Source of the DNA: Zygnema circumcarinatum SAG 698-1b
Lineage: Eukaryota > Plantae > Zygnematophyceae
Length of the DNA: 64,000 nucleotides
Assembly: GCA_037447605.1 (NCBI GenBank)
Contig: CM074822.1
Span: 1 to 64,000 of the forward strand
Direction: 5' to 3'
The position numbers and the translations under genes are program-made. Shown in pieces: positions 24,704-35,516 of the stretch; position 1 is the stretch's first letter, and every line of letters begins with the position of its first letter. The notes beneath the pieces were generated by a model that was given only the letters and a program-made list of their open reading frames with translations, was not told the DNA's origin and did no database searches.

Positions 24704-25768
24704 TCACGATCCAGCCATGGCAGCGGATCCATAGCGTGGATCTTCCCAACAAATAGAATATTTGGTCGGCATGAGATTCGTCTCCACCGCCACTCTGCAA
24801 TCCGTGCTCTTGTGGCCTCGCTTCTTGCATTTGAAGCAGATTCCCTTGAATCCCTTCTTGACGGATGACGATGCTCCTCCACCCCGATCTTGGGTGTTCT
24901 TGTTCTTGTAACAGTCGGCCGAGAAGTGGCCCGTCTTGCCGCACGTGTAACACGCTCCCGCAGGGCGTTCCCCACGGTCTGCTCTCGGCGCACCTCCTCT
25001 TCGAACTTGTCGTGAGTGCAGCGCCAACACCTTCTCCTCGGTGCCTCCAACGTCTTGGACAGTGTTCTCCTCCTTGATCCTTCGTTTCACTTGCTCAAGG
25101 GTCATCACGGTGTTTGTTAGAACAGTCCTAAGAGCTGCAACTGCTACATCGAATCGGCCAGGCAGTCCCCCTAGAAACTGGCTGATTTTATGGTCTCCCT
25201 CTAACGGTTTTTGCAGCGCTATGAATCTCTCCATTAGAGTATCAAATCTGACCATATATTCACTCAGCTTCTCTTTCGAGGACATCTTCATTTTCCCAAG
25301 CTGCGTGTAAAGGCTGACTATCGTTACGTTATCCTTTACATCATACATCTCCTCTAAGCATCTCCACATAGCATGTGAAGTCTTAAGGTCATACAGCATG
25401 GATGAGGGACTTCCCCTCACGCTCATGATGATCTGGGTGAGGGCCTTGTTGTCCTTGGTCCTCCATCTGGCGAGCGCTGTGTCGAACTCCGACTGCTGCT
25501 CCGCCGTGGCTCCCTCCGGCTGCACCGGTGCCTTGATGGTGCCGTCAACGTACCCCAACAGCCCCTTGCCCACAAGCAAAGGAACCAGCCGCCATCTCCA
25601 CCCCTTGTAGTCCGAACCATCGAACGCTGGGATGCTGAACTTCACGTGGTCCTCCTCGCCACCTTGGGCTCTGATACCACTTGTTGAAGCAGGGGTCTGC
25701 TCCCCACTTCCGGCGCCACCTCGGGTGTCGCCCTCCATTGGAACTTGAGTTCCCACGGATGAAGACAT
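24704..25768 (-). CDS. Copia Gag of the outer element (two CCHC knuckles); ORF opens inside the LTR
   Basis: FDGSDYKGWRWRL, TSHAMWRCLEEMY, FLGGLPGRFD, CYTCGKTGHFSADC and CFKCKKRGHKSTDC. The 3' end is frameshifted in a noisy patch. Confidence 0.9.
   Translation of the reverse strand: MSSSVGTQVPMEGDTRGGAGSGEQTPASTSGIRAQGGEEDHVKFSIPAFDGSDYKGWRWRLVPLLVGKGLLGYVDGTIKAPVQPEGATAEQQSEFDTALARWRTKDNKALTQIIMSVRGSPSSMLYDLKTSHAMWRCLEEMYDVKDNVTIVSLYTQLGKMKMSSKEKLSEYMVRFDTLMERFIALQKPLEGDHKISQFLGGLPGRFDVAVAALRTVLTNTVMTLEQVKRRIKEENTVQDVGGTEEKVLALHSRQVRRGGAPRADRGERPAGACYTCGKTGHFSADCYKNKNTQDRGGGASSSVKKGFKGICFKCKKRGHKSTDCRVAVETNLMPTKYSICWEDPRYGSAAMAGS
25668..25679 (-). other. Primer-binding site complementary to the tRNA-iMet 3' end
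   Basis: TGGTATCAGAGC, 2 nt after the LTR terminal CA. Confidence 0.92.
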
Positions 25769-26701
25769 TCAAACACTCAAAGCTCTATCTTACTTCACTC
25801 ATCGCCCATAACAACAGAATGAAGCTACAAGACAAGCACAGCGGAAATCACAATGAGAGAGTGTTAGGAGAAAGCTCACGGCTCTAAAACTCCTTATAAT
25901 AAAACTGTCTTCCCACAATGAAGTTCTCCCACCACTTCAAGGTCCCTCTTACTCACTACCTCACGACACAAGTGTAGGCAGCCTAGCAGCACGAGCAGGT
26001 TCTGAGTAAGACCCGAGACTATGACAGAGTAGTGTAGGTGGGTTGCTTCCCATAATAAAACTACGCACTATATAATATGGCGTCCGTGACGTGACACACA
26101 TGTCACGTCCCGTCCGCCATTGCAAACCCATGCACCGAGTCTGAGTGGGCGCACTCAGAAATAGCGACTAGCTAGCTGCCTCGTAAACCTACGGCGGCGC
26201 CGACCTAGTTCTTGTCGGATCGTACATCCGTCCGTACAGTTTCGCCGTTTCGCCAGCGCTCCTTCGCAGTCTTCGCCCGCCGACATCTCGGCCGTACACT
26301 CGAACTCGCGGACCCACATCGCGAGTGGTCCACGTGGCGCATTCCGGTTCGCCGCCAAATATCTTCCATGTCGTTTCCGCGCCGCAACTTTGCGCTCCGC
26401 GTTTTGCGCCCGCGTCGCGACCAATCAGAGTCGCTCGCGTCCGTACTTCGCGAATCCGCGGCCGCGCCTCGACCAATCAAAGTTGCGCGTTCGTACTCCA
26501 CTTACTTGTGTCACCGCCGCGACCAATCAGCGCCGCTCGTTCGTACTCCGCGCACTCGCGGCGCACTCACCAAAGTCAGAGCACCGACATTACTAAATCT
26601 ACGAGCACTACGCCTAGCAGATCTCATGTTCTACAAACTGAGTACCACAACAAGTTAGTGTGTGCCATATAATGTCTAACTATCATACACTAACACTAAC
26701 A
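25682..26701 (-). repeat. Complete 5' LTR (1020 bp) of outer copia
   Basis: TGTTAG...TTCAACA on the minus strand, followed by the PBS. Confidence 0.95.
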
Positions 26702-27697
26702 TCTTTGTCGTATCCGAAAAAAAATTTGAGTCAATTTGGCGTTTTCCTTATTCAATTATGGACCGTTTTGTGACACGAGCAACAGGTTTGCGTTCCTATA
26801 CACGTCCACTCCGTTACATCTAACTTTTTTGTCTTTTTCTTTTTTTTTACTGAAATTTCTCAGCGTCATGCGACAATGCCTCTGCCGTATCCAAAAAAAG
26901 TTTGAGTCAATTTGGCGTTCTCCCTATTCAGTTATGGACCGTTTTGTGACTCGTGTTATAGGTTTGCGTTCCTATACACGTCTACTCCTTTATATATAAC
27001 TTTTTTGTCTTTTACTTTTTTGCACCGAAATTTCTCAACGTTACGCGACTGTGTGTGTGCCGTATCCAAAAAACGTTTGAGTCAATTTGGCGTTCTCCCT
27101 ATTCAGTTATGGACCGTTTCGTGACTCGTGTAAGAGGTTTTTTTTCCTCCGTTACATATAACTTTTTTGTCTTTTACTTTTTTGCACCGGAATTTCTGAG
27201 CGTCACGCGATAGTATGTCTGCCGTATCCAAAAAAAGTTTGAGTCAATTTGTCATTCTGTCTTTTCAGTTATGGACCGTTTTGTGACACGTGCAATTGGT
27301 TGCGTTCCTATACACGTCCACTCCGTTATATATTACTTTTTTGTCTTTTACTTTTTTGCACTGAAATTTCTCAACGTCATGCGACAGTGTGTCTGCCGTA
27401 TCCAAAAGATGTTTGAGTCAATTTGGCGTTCTCCTTATTCAATTATGGACCATTTTGTTGACACGAGCAATAGGTTTGCGTTCCTATACACGTCCACTCC
27501 GTTATATATAACTTTTTTGTCTTTTACTTTTTTGCACTGAAATTTCTCAGCGTCACGCGACAGTGTCTGCCGTATCCGAAAAAAGTTTGAATCAATTTGG
27601 CGTTCTCCCTATCTAGTTATGGACCGTTTGTGACACGTGCAACAAATTTGCGTTCCTATATGTCCACTTTGTTATAAATAACTTTTTTGTCTTTTCT
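26702..27697. repeat. Terminal, diverged monomers of the 174-bp satellite (~6 units)
   Basis: Same monomer with edge-type variants (CAGTTATGGACCGT, GCGACAGTGTGTCTGCCGTATCC), ending at a T-rich tract. Confidence 0.95.
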
Positions 27698-28255
27698 TAG
27701 TTTTTTTTTTTTTTTTCACTTTTTTCCCTCTTTTTTCTTTCTGAGGGTCGTTTTTGGGTTGAGGGTTTAGTGTTCAACCCGTTCAATAGCAACCTGTTCA
27801 ACACCGACCTGTTCAACAGCAACAGTTTATTTTTTATGGTTTTTTTGAAGGGTTTTTTCTGGATTTAAATTGAAGAGTTCAACCCTTTCAACAGCAACAG
27901 TTACAACAGCAACCCTAAAAACCCTTAAAGCTGCTCGACCTCAGTGGCTTGGCGTTCAGCCACTCGACCCCAGTGGCTTGGCTTGGCTAAATTTCCTAAA
28001 AACTCGTTTTGACGCGTGCTGCTGGTCTAAAAACCCTTGTGGATATAAGGACTGCGCTTTTTTTTTTATTATTTTGTGTCTCGCTCCCCCCTCTCTCCTC
28101 TCTCGCCCCTGTGGCAGTGTCGTCGCTCAACTAACTTTAGGCAGACACGTTGTTTCCGCTGTAGAAAAAAATGCAGGCATCGTCTAAAAGACAACAGAGC
28201 GCACAAAAGAGAACAAGAAGGCCTACTTGAATGTTACAAGGATCTCCGGTCATAT

Positions 28256-31200
28256 TCAAGGACCGCCAAGGCTCCCTAGATGTTTCTTTAAAGCTCGATC
28301 TTTCCGTCTATGGTTGGCGACAGATGCTTTTTGTTGCTCCTTCCGAGCAAATGACCTTGATTCTCCCGCCTGCGCCATTGCAGGTCCCCTTCCACCTCCA
28401 ACGCCACCCCTGCCACGGCCGCCCCTCCATCCCGCTTCTGCAACTCCTGCCTCCCCTGGGCCTCCCTCGTCGTCATCGTCCTCATCACTGCTCTCCACGT
28501 TTGCCAGCAAGTGTGCTCGGTTGCCGCCTCTTCCTAAGCCAAATATAGTTTCTGCTTCCACCTTCTTCAGAGCCTCTGCTTCCTCTGCCGAACCAACAGC
28601 GACAGATCCCGCTACTCGGTAACTATAGTTCTTTCCATCTTTCAGATAGAACTGTGGGCCTGCAGACTTATCTAAGCTTTGCCCCTGTCTTGGCCCTCCC
28701 CGACCAGTCACAACCGGGTACTTTATGCCAGCAGCACCGGCTTGCCCTCCTCTCCCCTCCGCCCTCTCTGTATTGAGACCTTTTCCCAACGACCGTGTCT
28801 CTGCACCTCCTCTCCCACCACGTCCTTCAGTTGGACCCACCGTTCCACTTGCCCGTCTGACAAAGGACCCACCTCCACTTTGCGCTGCAGGGGTTGCCCT
28901 GAGACTCTCAGAAACATTCCTCTCGCCCTCCAATGCACCGCTCGTGCCACGTCTCATCTGTGCGTCCAGCACATTCTCCAACTCCTCTTCTCCGCCACCA
29001 GCACCAAATGTGTCAAGATCATCGAACGAGTCATCGTACTCATCCTCGTATTCTATTTCCGCATCTTTCGCATATCTGCGAATCTTCGCAGCATCTTCAC
29101 TTGCTCGCCAGTCCACCAACTTCTCGTCCCCCTTGTGTTTCCTTACGAATCTTCCTTCCGGCAATCCTAAGCCCGCCGCTTCCGCAGTAACAGAGCTGCT
29201 ACCTCCTGCTGCAGATCTTGCCTCGTCTAGGCGCACACCACCACCGTCTGTGACTTGCCGTCTGCCAACGCTCCTTTCGGAGGCCATACTTTCCATCACT
29301 TTGGCTTTCCCTTTGTCAGTCGCAGCAACTGTCTGCTTCTTGGGCAACTCAGCGGAGTGGACATCCAACGAAGCCAAATCCTCATGTAGGGTGCCTTCCA
29401 AGATGTGCTCGATCACTGCCTCTGCACTGCCGTCATACACTTCAAGGCAGGCAGCAAGAAAGCCATCACCAAAGTCTGGCAAGAGGTCCTTGATCTGACT
29501 GATCTTCGACTGTTGGATGGCCATCAAGCTCGCGTCCTCGCAAGCTGCCGGGCTCACACTTCGACCGGAAGAGATCGGGACTCTGCGAGAGGGAGAGGGA
29601 GAGGGAGAGAGAGGGGGAGAGGGAGAGGGCCCTGCGAGGGAGCGGACGTGCTCGAACTGAGCGCCGTCCAACGAAATTGCGCCTGCAAGGGAGGCCCCTC
29701 CCTACCATGGCAGTGAGTGCGATAGAACATGGCCAGCAGAGAGGGAGAAAGCAGCGGAACTGCACGTCAAACAGACACGGATCTGCGACCTGACATGCTT
29801 ATCAAGAGAGACCTGCACGGTTTACGAAGGACATAAGCCCATTGAAAAATTGAGAATTAATTAACTGACTTAACTAAGAAGGTCTAAAAAGTTGGCCAAA
29901 GAAAGCACCTAATCTCTCACATTTTCAGGCATGAAAACGAACCCCTAAGGTTACAGTTAGGATGTCCAAAGAGTTCCGCAATAGAAATCCAGAACACAAC
30001 GTATCGCTTGCAAGCGAATGCAACTTTCGGACCGGAAGGAAGGCATGGCACTGGAGAAACATGCATGCAGCGATGTTATTGGCAGCATAGCATAGCCATC
30101 TTCCCAACCCCATTAACTGCATTTAAATAGCTTGCCTGTGGTCCTCAAGAATAAACCAGAATGTGCATAATGTAAAGAACTGCGACTGTTGCTCATTTAA
30201 TCCTCCACTGTCAATACGTCAAACAGGTGCGTAGGTGAGTCAAAGGCTATAACGTTTTCAAAGTTGCTTTCTCGCCCATCCACTAGCATTTAGAGCCACG
30301 TGCAAAGCTTGCTGCAGACACTGCATCAAGTCGTCTGTCTCGTTCAGTAGGTCTACTTCGGGCATCGCCCCAAATCCTACTGCAGCCTTTTGTGATTGAC
30401 TATAAACTGGCTTCCATATTCAAAGAGAATTAGATAAAATTTCTAATATTTGAGAACTTAGATATTCAATCATCCAACCCTCCTGAAAGTCAGAAAACTG
30501 CCCATCAGAATCAGACAGCACACCTCATTGCAACTCACCTTTCTCCATGGCAGTCCGGACCGACGTGACGAGTGCGTATCTGCGTTCGACTGCCCTCAAA
30601 AGACTCCCTCTTCTTTCAAATCCCCCGCCTCCCTCCCCACTCTCCTCTGACCCCACGGAGAGGGTCACGAGTGCGTGCAGCAACGCCTCCCCCCTCTCCG
30701 CCGACCTCTCCGCCACCCTCCCCTCCCCCTCCCCCTCCCTCTCCTCCTCGCCGGCTTGTAGGCAGCCATGGCGGAGAAGCAGCCACAGCAGCTCTGTCAG
30801 AGCTCGGCGTACAGGGACCAAGGGCCACAGCGCCGCCATGGATGGAGGGGTCTCCTCGGAGGGGGAGTCAGCGGTAAGGGTCTGCCGAAGAGTTGGCAGA
30901 AGGGAGTCATAAACCTTCGCTAGGGTAGGGAGAAAAGAAGCCCCGGTGGTGTCTGCCTCGCTGAAACCAAAGTTTCATCCCCCCCCCAATAAACCCACCA
31001 GTCGCTGAGGAATACTCAAGATCAAAGAACATGGGTCTTACTCGGTGGGGTTCTGGTTTGTCAAGTTTCGTGTTAGACGCTCGTCGCGGACAAAATGTGT
31101 AACATCATGTACGAAATGGTCATTGAGTTTTACAATTATGCAAGCTTCTCCGTATTCTGCAAGCACATTCTACCCTCCTCAACTTAACATACATCTACAA

Positions 31201-34200
31201 AGTCGTGTTTGACCTGAAATATTGTGTCTATACAGATGGATCACTAGCACATGCCATCAGCGGACAGACACGGCATAAGCGAAAGAGGCTGTCAAGTTTG
31301 GGAAATAGACTGTAGTGGGTCGTCAAGTGGTCGCCAACCTTACGACCACAGACAGACGCATGCGGCGAGTGCGTGTTCATGGACTCACTCCCTCCCTCCC
31401 TCCCTCCTTCCCTCCTTCCCTCCCTCCCTCCCTCCCTTCCTCCTGACCCCAGACAGACACGTGCGGCGAGTGCGTGTTCATGGGACTCACTCCCTCCCTC
31501 CCTCCCTCCCTCCCTTCCTCCTGACCCCAGACAGACACATGCGGCGAGTAAATGTGTTCATGGGACTCACTCATCAGAGAGGAAGCACTCGGCGGCCGGG
31601 GGATGCGCTGACACAAATGCCGTTAGCGTGCTGGCAACGTCGAGCATGTATCGCAGCACCTGCAGCATTAAAATGGCGAGCCAAGGATGACTGAAACCCT
31701 TGTCAAAAAGGGCCCCTTGAGGAACTCACATTCTCATGTCGCGGAACCACAAACGTCGCAATTAGAGTGCGAAGAGCATGTAACTCGCATGGTAACAATG
31801 AGGAGTTCACTCCACCTTTTCCCCAACCTAACGCTAGATCAGTTGATTCAAAAGCGTACTCATTGCTAAACAACACAAATTCAGGCTATGGCTATCGGCA
31901 TTCCGCAAAAAATCTATAAGATTTTAACAATTATCGGCTGAGATTGAGAAGCAAGAATGAGCCATATTCTTGAGAATGAGACTGAGAAGCCAATATCCAG
32001 ATACAAGGGGCCGCAGTAGTCAGGTGATCAGCCCTGCCTCCCTGCACCTGTCCTCACAGGCAGAGCCCGAGTAGTGAGCACTGACGTCAAGCAGCTCCTT
32101 TCGAACTTCTGTCGAAGATGAACCCCCCCGCTCCCGCTCTGCGCTCATCCCCTGAAGGGGCAACAACAGTATCAAGCAATTATGTGCAACACAAGAATGT
32201 ACTTGCAGCCGCAATAACAGTAAACAAGTGGCTGAAAACAAAGCAAGCACTTTTAACTTACAAACTGCAAGATCTTCAAAGCTAAACATTCGAGCTCAGT
32301 CTCCCTACCTTCGCTGCTGCAATCGAGCGGCAGCACATGGTGTCCAGAGTTCGCGTTACATGCGATAGCACCGTTTTGATATCTTCGTAAAACTTGGGTT
32401 GTCGCTTGAACACATTCCCCACCTGTACAACCTCAGCATGTAAACGAATTGAGGCACAAACATCGAGCTAAAGCTCAGCGTTTCCGATCTGTTCTCAACA
32501 CGGTCCCAGAAAGGAAGCTGAACAAATATCCTACTAGCAGCCACGTTAAACAACGCAGCTCATATGCGAATAGCACTTTAAAGATTCATCATCTGCAAAC
32601 ATATGTCATACCAGCATCCGTGTAAGGTCAGGATTGTCGCGCCCATAAATAGCGCAAACATCGAACAGCTTTGGCACGTCCAGCAGGCAACTCTCATATA
32701 GCAGCGCTGCATGCAGGGTGAGGGCAGCCATTGAAGGACATTGTCAGATCTCGAGTGCAATGAAGACCCTCCGGCCAGATTCATCCCCATCAACAGAAAA
32801 CGATCTCAATGTCGTCACCTTAAACACCCTATGTACCTGCCTGAAATACAGTTGCCAGAAGTGCAATCGAAGTCATATCTTGTCATCATAATTGAACACC
32901 GCTGCACCCAAAAAGATTCTGACTCATGCCACAAACGGAGCAAACGATGCAGGTCCGGATAGGCAGCAGGTCACTCAAGCACCTGCATGCTCTCCTGCGT
33001 GGAGATTCTCGTTGACATGAACTCCTCGCTCTTGATTGGAAGACCTGCATGGCGGACTTAGACGTGGTTTAACCCCGGGCGGCAATGTGCTCGTGCACAT
33101 GCAATCTCAGTGTAGTGCAAGAGTGTGCAATGTCTACCAAACAAAGGAACATCATCATCTCCCAACTGGTGCTACAGAACTGGTCCAGGTTGAGAGGGGG
33201 AAAAGTAACGCCAAGAGCTACCTTCCCAAGCTAACTGTCCCATGATCACGTATCCCATGAAGCCCTTCTGCCTTCCACGAAGAAGAATTTTAGCATCCAA
33301 AACTAGAATGAAGAGAATATTCATCCTGATCCGGAGGCGTTAAGTTTTCTTCAGAACAGACGAAACTACCGTTCTCCTCATGTGGTGGAACTACTTGTGT
33401 TATTCCTAAAGACGTTCCCTTCCTTGAAAAGGGGGGTGGCAGCTCACATGCGGAGCAGCACCATGAACACGCGACGCGCAAGCTCTGCGTCCCCCGCCAC
33501 AACACCCGCTGAGGGAGGCCCGTCCGTTCCCATGCTCTCCATATCAAAGGAACGCCTCTTGTAACGGAGATATGTGTCAAGGAAAAAAAGTAGGGAGTTG
33601 TCTTGCACCACTGCATCCCCCAGCAAAAGTGGTACAGATATTTTGTCAGACCATAAGTGGATTTAATGGAAGACTGGTCAGCCTTGTGCTCCTCGGAATA
33701 GTAAAATCTCCACGAAGATGAGATCTGAAGTGTGGACAGAAAGTATAGCTTGAAATAATTAGCTATCAAGGCTAGAAACAATAGAGAAAAGAGAAACGAT
33801 AGAGAAAGGTTACATTGCTAAACACTTAGCTGCTAAAATGCTTTTTTTCATAATTGTTCACAGTCAGTACATGTTAAAAATGAAAAAAAACAAGGTTCAA
33901 GTTGTACTATATACATTATTTAGATTTTGCTTTGCTATTTTAACTTGCACTGACATCGAATTATAGTTGAAACATTGAAAACATAGTTTGAAGCCCTTCA
34001 CAAATAGATTCTTTGGGTGGGCTTCCCTTCATGCAGCTGAGGATAAGGTACCAGCGACCTTCCATTCATTATTCGCGCGAAGAACATTCTGGGAGCGCGA
34101 GAATGAATGACCAAACTCGTTTCCTAGCAGAAAGATGTTGCGTACTTTATCACGTGACTAGTCGCCTGGTTATTGTGTACAGCTTTCATGGTTGTCGGCC

Positions 34201-34862
34201 AGCAAGCGTAAGGCTTCACGTACTGTGTGCTACGGACCTTGCTTCCAAAATTCACGCGGCTGCAAGGAGAGGAGTGCGGCCAACTGGCGGTTCGTGTGAT
34301 CCACGAACTCCTGCGCAGCCGCAGGGTCGCCTTCAGCCGCGCCCCATGCCAGCGCCTCATCCTGCGGAAGGTACGGCAAGAAGGGCCCCAGAGAGAGAGG
34401 CGCCCTCTGCTGCTTTGAAGGATTGCTGCGAACTCGTCCGTCGCCTATCGTTGATGAGCGGAGTTCCGGCTTTTCTTTTCCCGTCAGTGCGCCACCAAGA
34501 CCGGCATCAAGAGGCTCGGCTCGCACGAAGCCCTCCTGCCCCGCGCGTGCGGGGCCGAAGCCAGGAGGAGGGCCCCGCGGTGCTCCCTCCCGAGCTGGAG
34601 CTGCAGCCTGAGGCCGGGTCCCGGCAGAGGCACGGGGCTGGCCGGACCCTGCGTCGCGCGTCTCTCTTCGGAAGTCTCGGAATCCGGGAGGAGCTTGCAG
34701 CTCTGCGCCCAGAGGGAGAGGGAGAGGGAGAAGGCCCCGCCCGCTCGCTCTCCCGCGCCCTCCAAATTCGCCGTGCCGCTGCGGGCCTCGACCGCGGCCC
34801 GGAGCCTGCGGAGGTGCGCGGTGAGGAGCAGCGACAGGCGGCTGCTGCTCTCGCGCGGCCAT
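28256..34862 (-). CDS. ASCC2: Activating signal cointegrator 1 complex subunit 2 (CUE-domain ubiquitin-binding protein), multi-exon
   Basis: Exons read FLPYLPQDEA...LLSLQPREFWKQ | VVQDNSLLFFLDTYLRY...LARRVFMVLLRM | SSNQERG | LLDVPKLFDVCAIYG | ... | the CUE domain ISQIKDLLPDFGDGFLAACLEVY, then EYEDEYDDSFDDL, FYLKDGKNYSY and ANHRRKDRALKK. GT-AG junctions where checked; internal boundaries approximate. Confidence 0.93.
31350..31571. repeat. Intronic ~77-100 bp tandem repeat (about 3 partial copies) with (CCCT)n
   Basis: CAGACAGAC..TGCGGCGAGT..TGTTCATGG(G)ACTCACTC recurs at ~31350, 31450 and 31528. Confidence 0.85.
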
Positions 34863-35047
34863 GGCCGCGGAAGCAGGCACTAGGCAGGTGCCGGTGCGCG
34901 AGGACGACGTGAGGAGGCCGAGCGCGGGCGCGAGGGCGCGAGGACGCGACGAGGGAGGGAGCGAGGGAGGAACGGAGGGGCGGAGGGAGAGAGGAGAGGG
35001 CGGAGGTTGCGTCGCGCGTGCGGCATGGCACGGCACGGCACGTCGCT

Positions 35048-35097
35048 TCACGTCACGTCACGTCACGTCACGTCACGTCACGTCACGTCACGTCACG
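35048..35097. repeat. (CACGT)n pentanucleotide array upstream of ASCC2
   Basis: About 10 perfect TCACG/CACGT units. Confidence 0.9.
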
Positions 35098-35153
35098 CGG
35101 CATTGGGCCTTGAGCCCCGTTCTCTGAGAAAAAGGAACAAGGCCAGAGCTGGC

Positions 35154-35516
35154 TGGGGAGGGGTGGGGGTGTGGGGGTATCGGGGAGGGGTGGGGGTGTG
35201 GGGGTGGGGGTGTGGGGCATCGGGGAGGGGTGGGGGTGTGGGGGTATCGGGGAGGGGTGGGGGTGTGGGGGTTTCGGGGAGGGGTGGGGGGTGTGGGGCA
35301 TCGGGGAGGGGTGGGGGGTGTGGGGCATCGGGGAGGGGTGGGGGTGTGGGGGTTTCGGGGAGGGGTGGGGGTGTGGGGGTTTCGGGGAGGGGTGGGGGTG
35401 TGGGGGTATCGGGGAGGGGTGGGGGTGTGGGGGTATCGGGGAGGGGTGGGGGTGTGGGGGTTCGGGGAGGGGTGGGGGTGTGGGGGTATCGGGGTGGGGG
35501 TATGGGGGTATCGGGG
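35154..35516 (+). repeat. 27-bp G-rich minisatellite with G-quadruplex potential (~13 units)
   Basis: The unit GGGGAGGGGTGGGGGTGTGGGGGTATC has four runs of at least 4 G. Confidence 0.92.

Larger units (their letters stand above)
13251..26701 (-). mobile_element. Outer Ty1/copia LTR retrotransposon inserted in a satellite monomer and interrupted by two nested elements
   Basis: TG...CA LTRs at 25682-26701 and 13251-13923; PBS TGGTATCAGAGC; PPT AAGAGGGGGAT; order gag-PR-INT-RT-RH; 5-bp TSD TCTTT at 13246-13250 and 26702-26706, with the satellite monomer continuing across it. Confidence 0.95.

Noticed and set aside
13251-26701. Head-to-tail tandem array of copia elements sharing LTRs, or a pure assembly duplication
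   Set aside because: The LTR at 19981 lacks a PBS and interrupts protease sequence, and LTR SNPs pair inner with inner and outer with outer. Nesting explains it better, although two N gaps remain.
34013-34912. Long antisense ORFs over GC-rich first exons (also 28725-29498, 44372-45097, 54988-55842)
   Set aside because: No recognisable motifs; these are expected shadows of GC-rich coding and promoter DNA.
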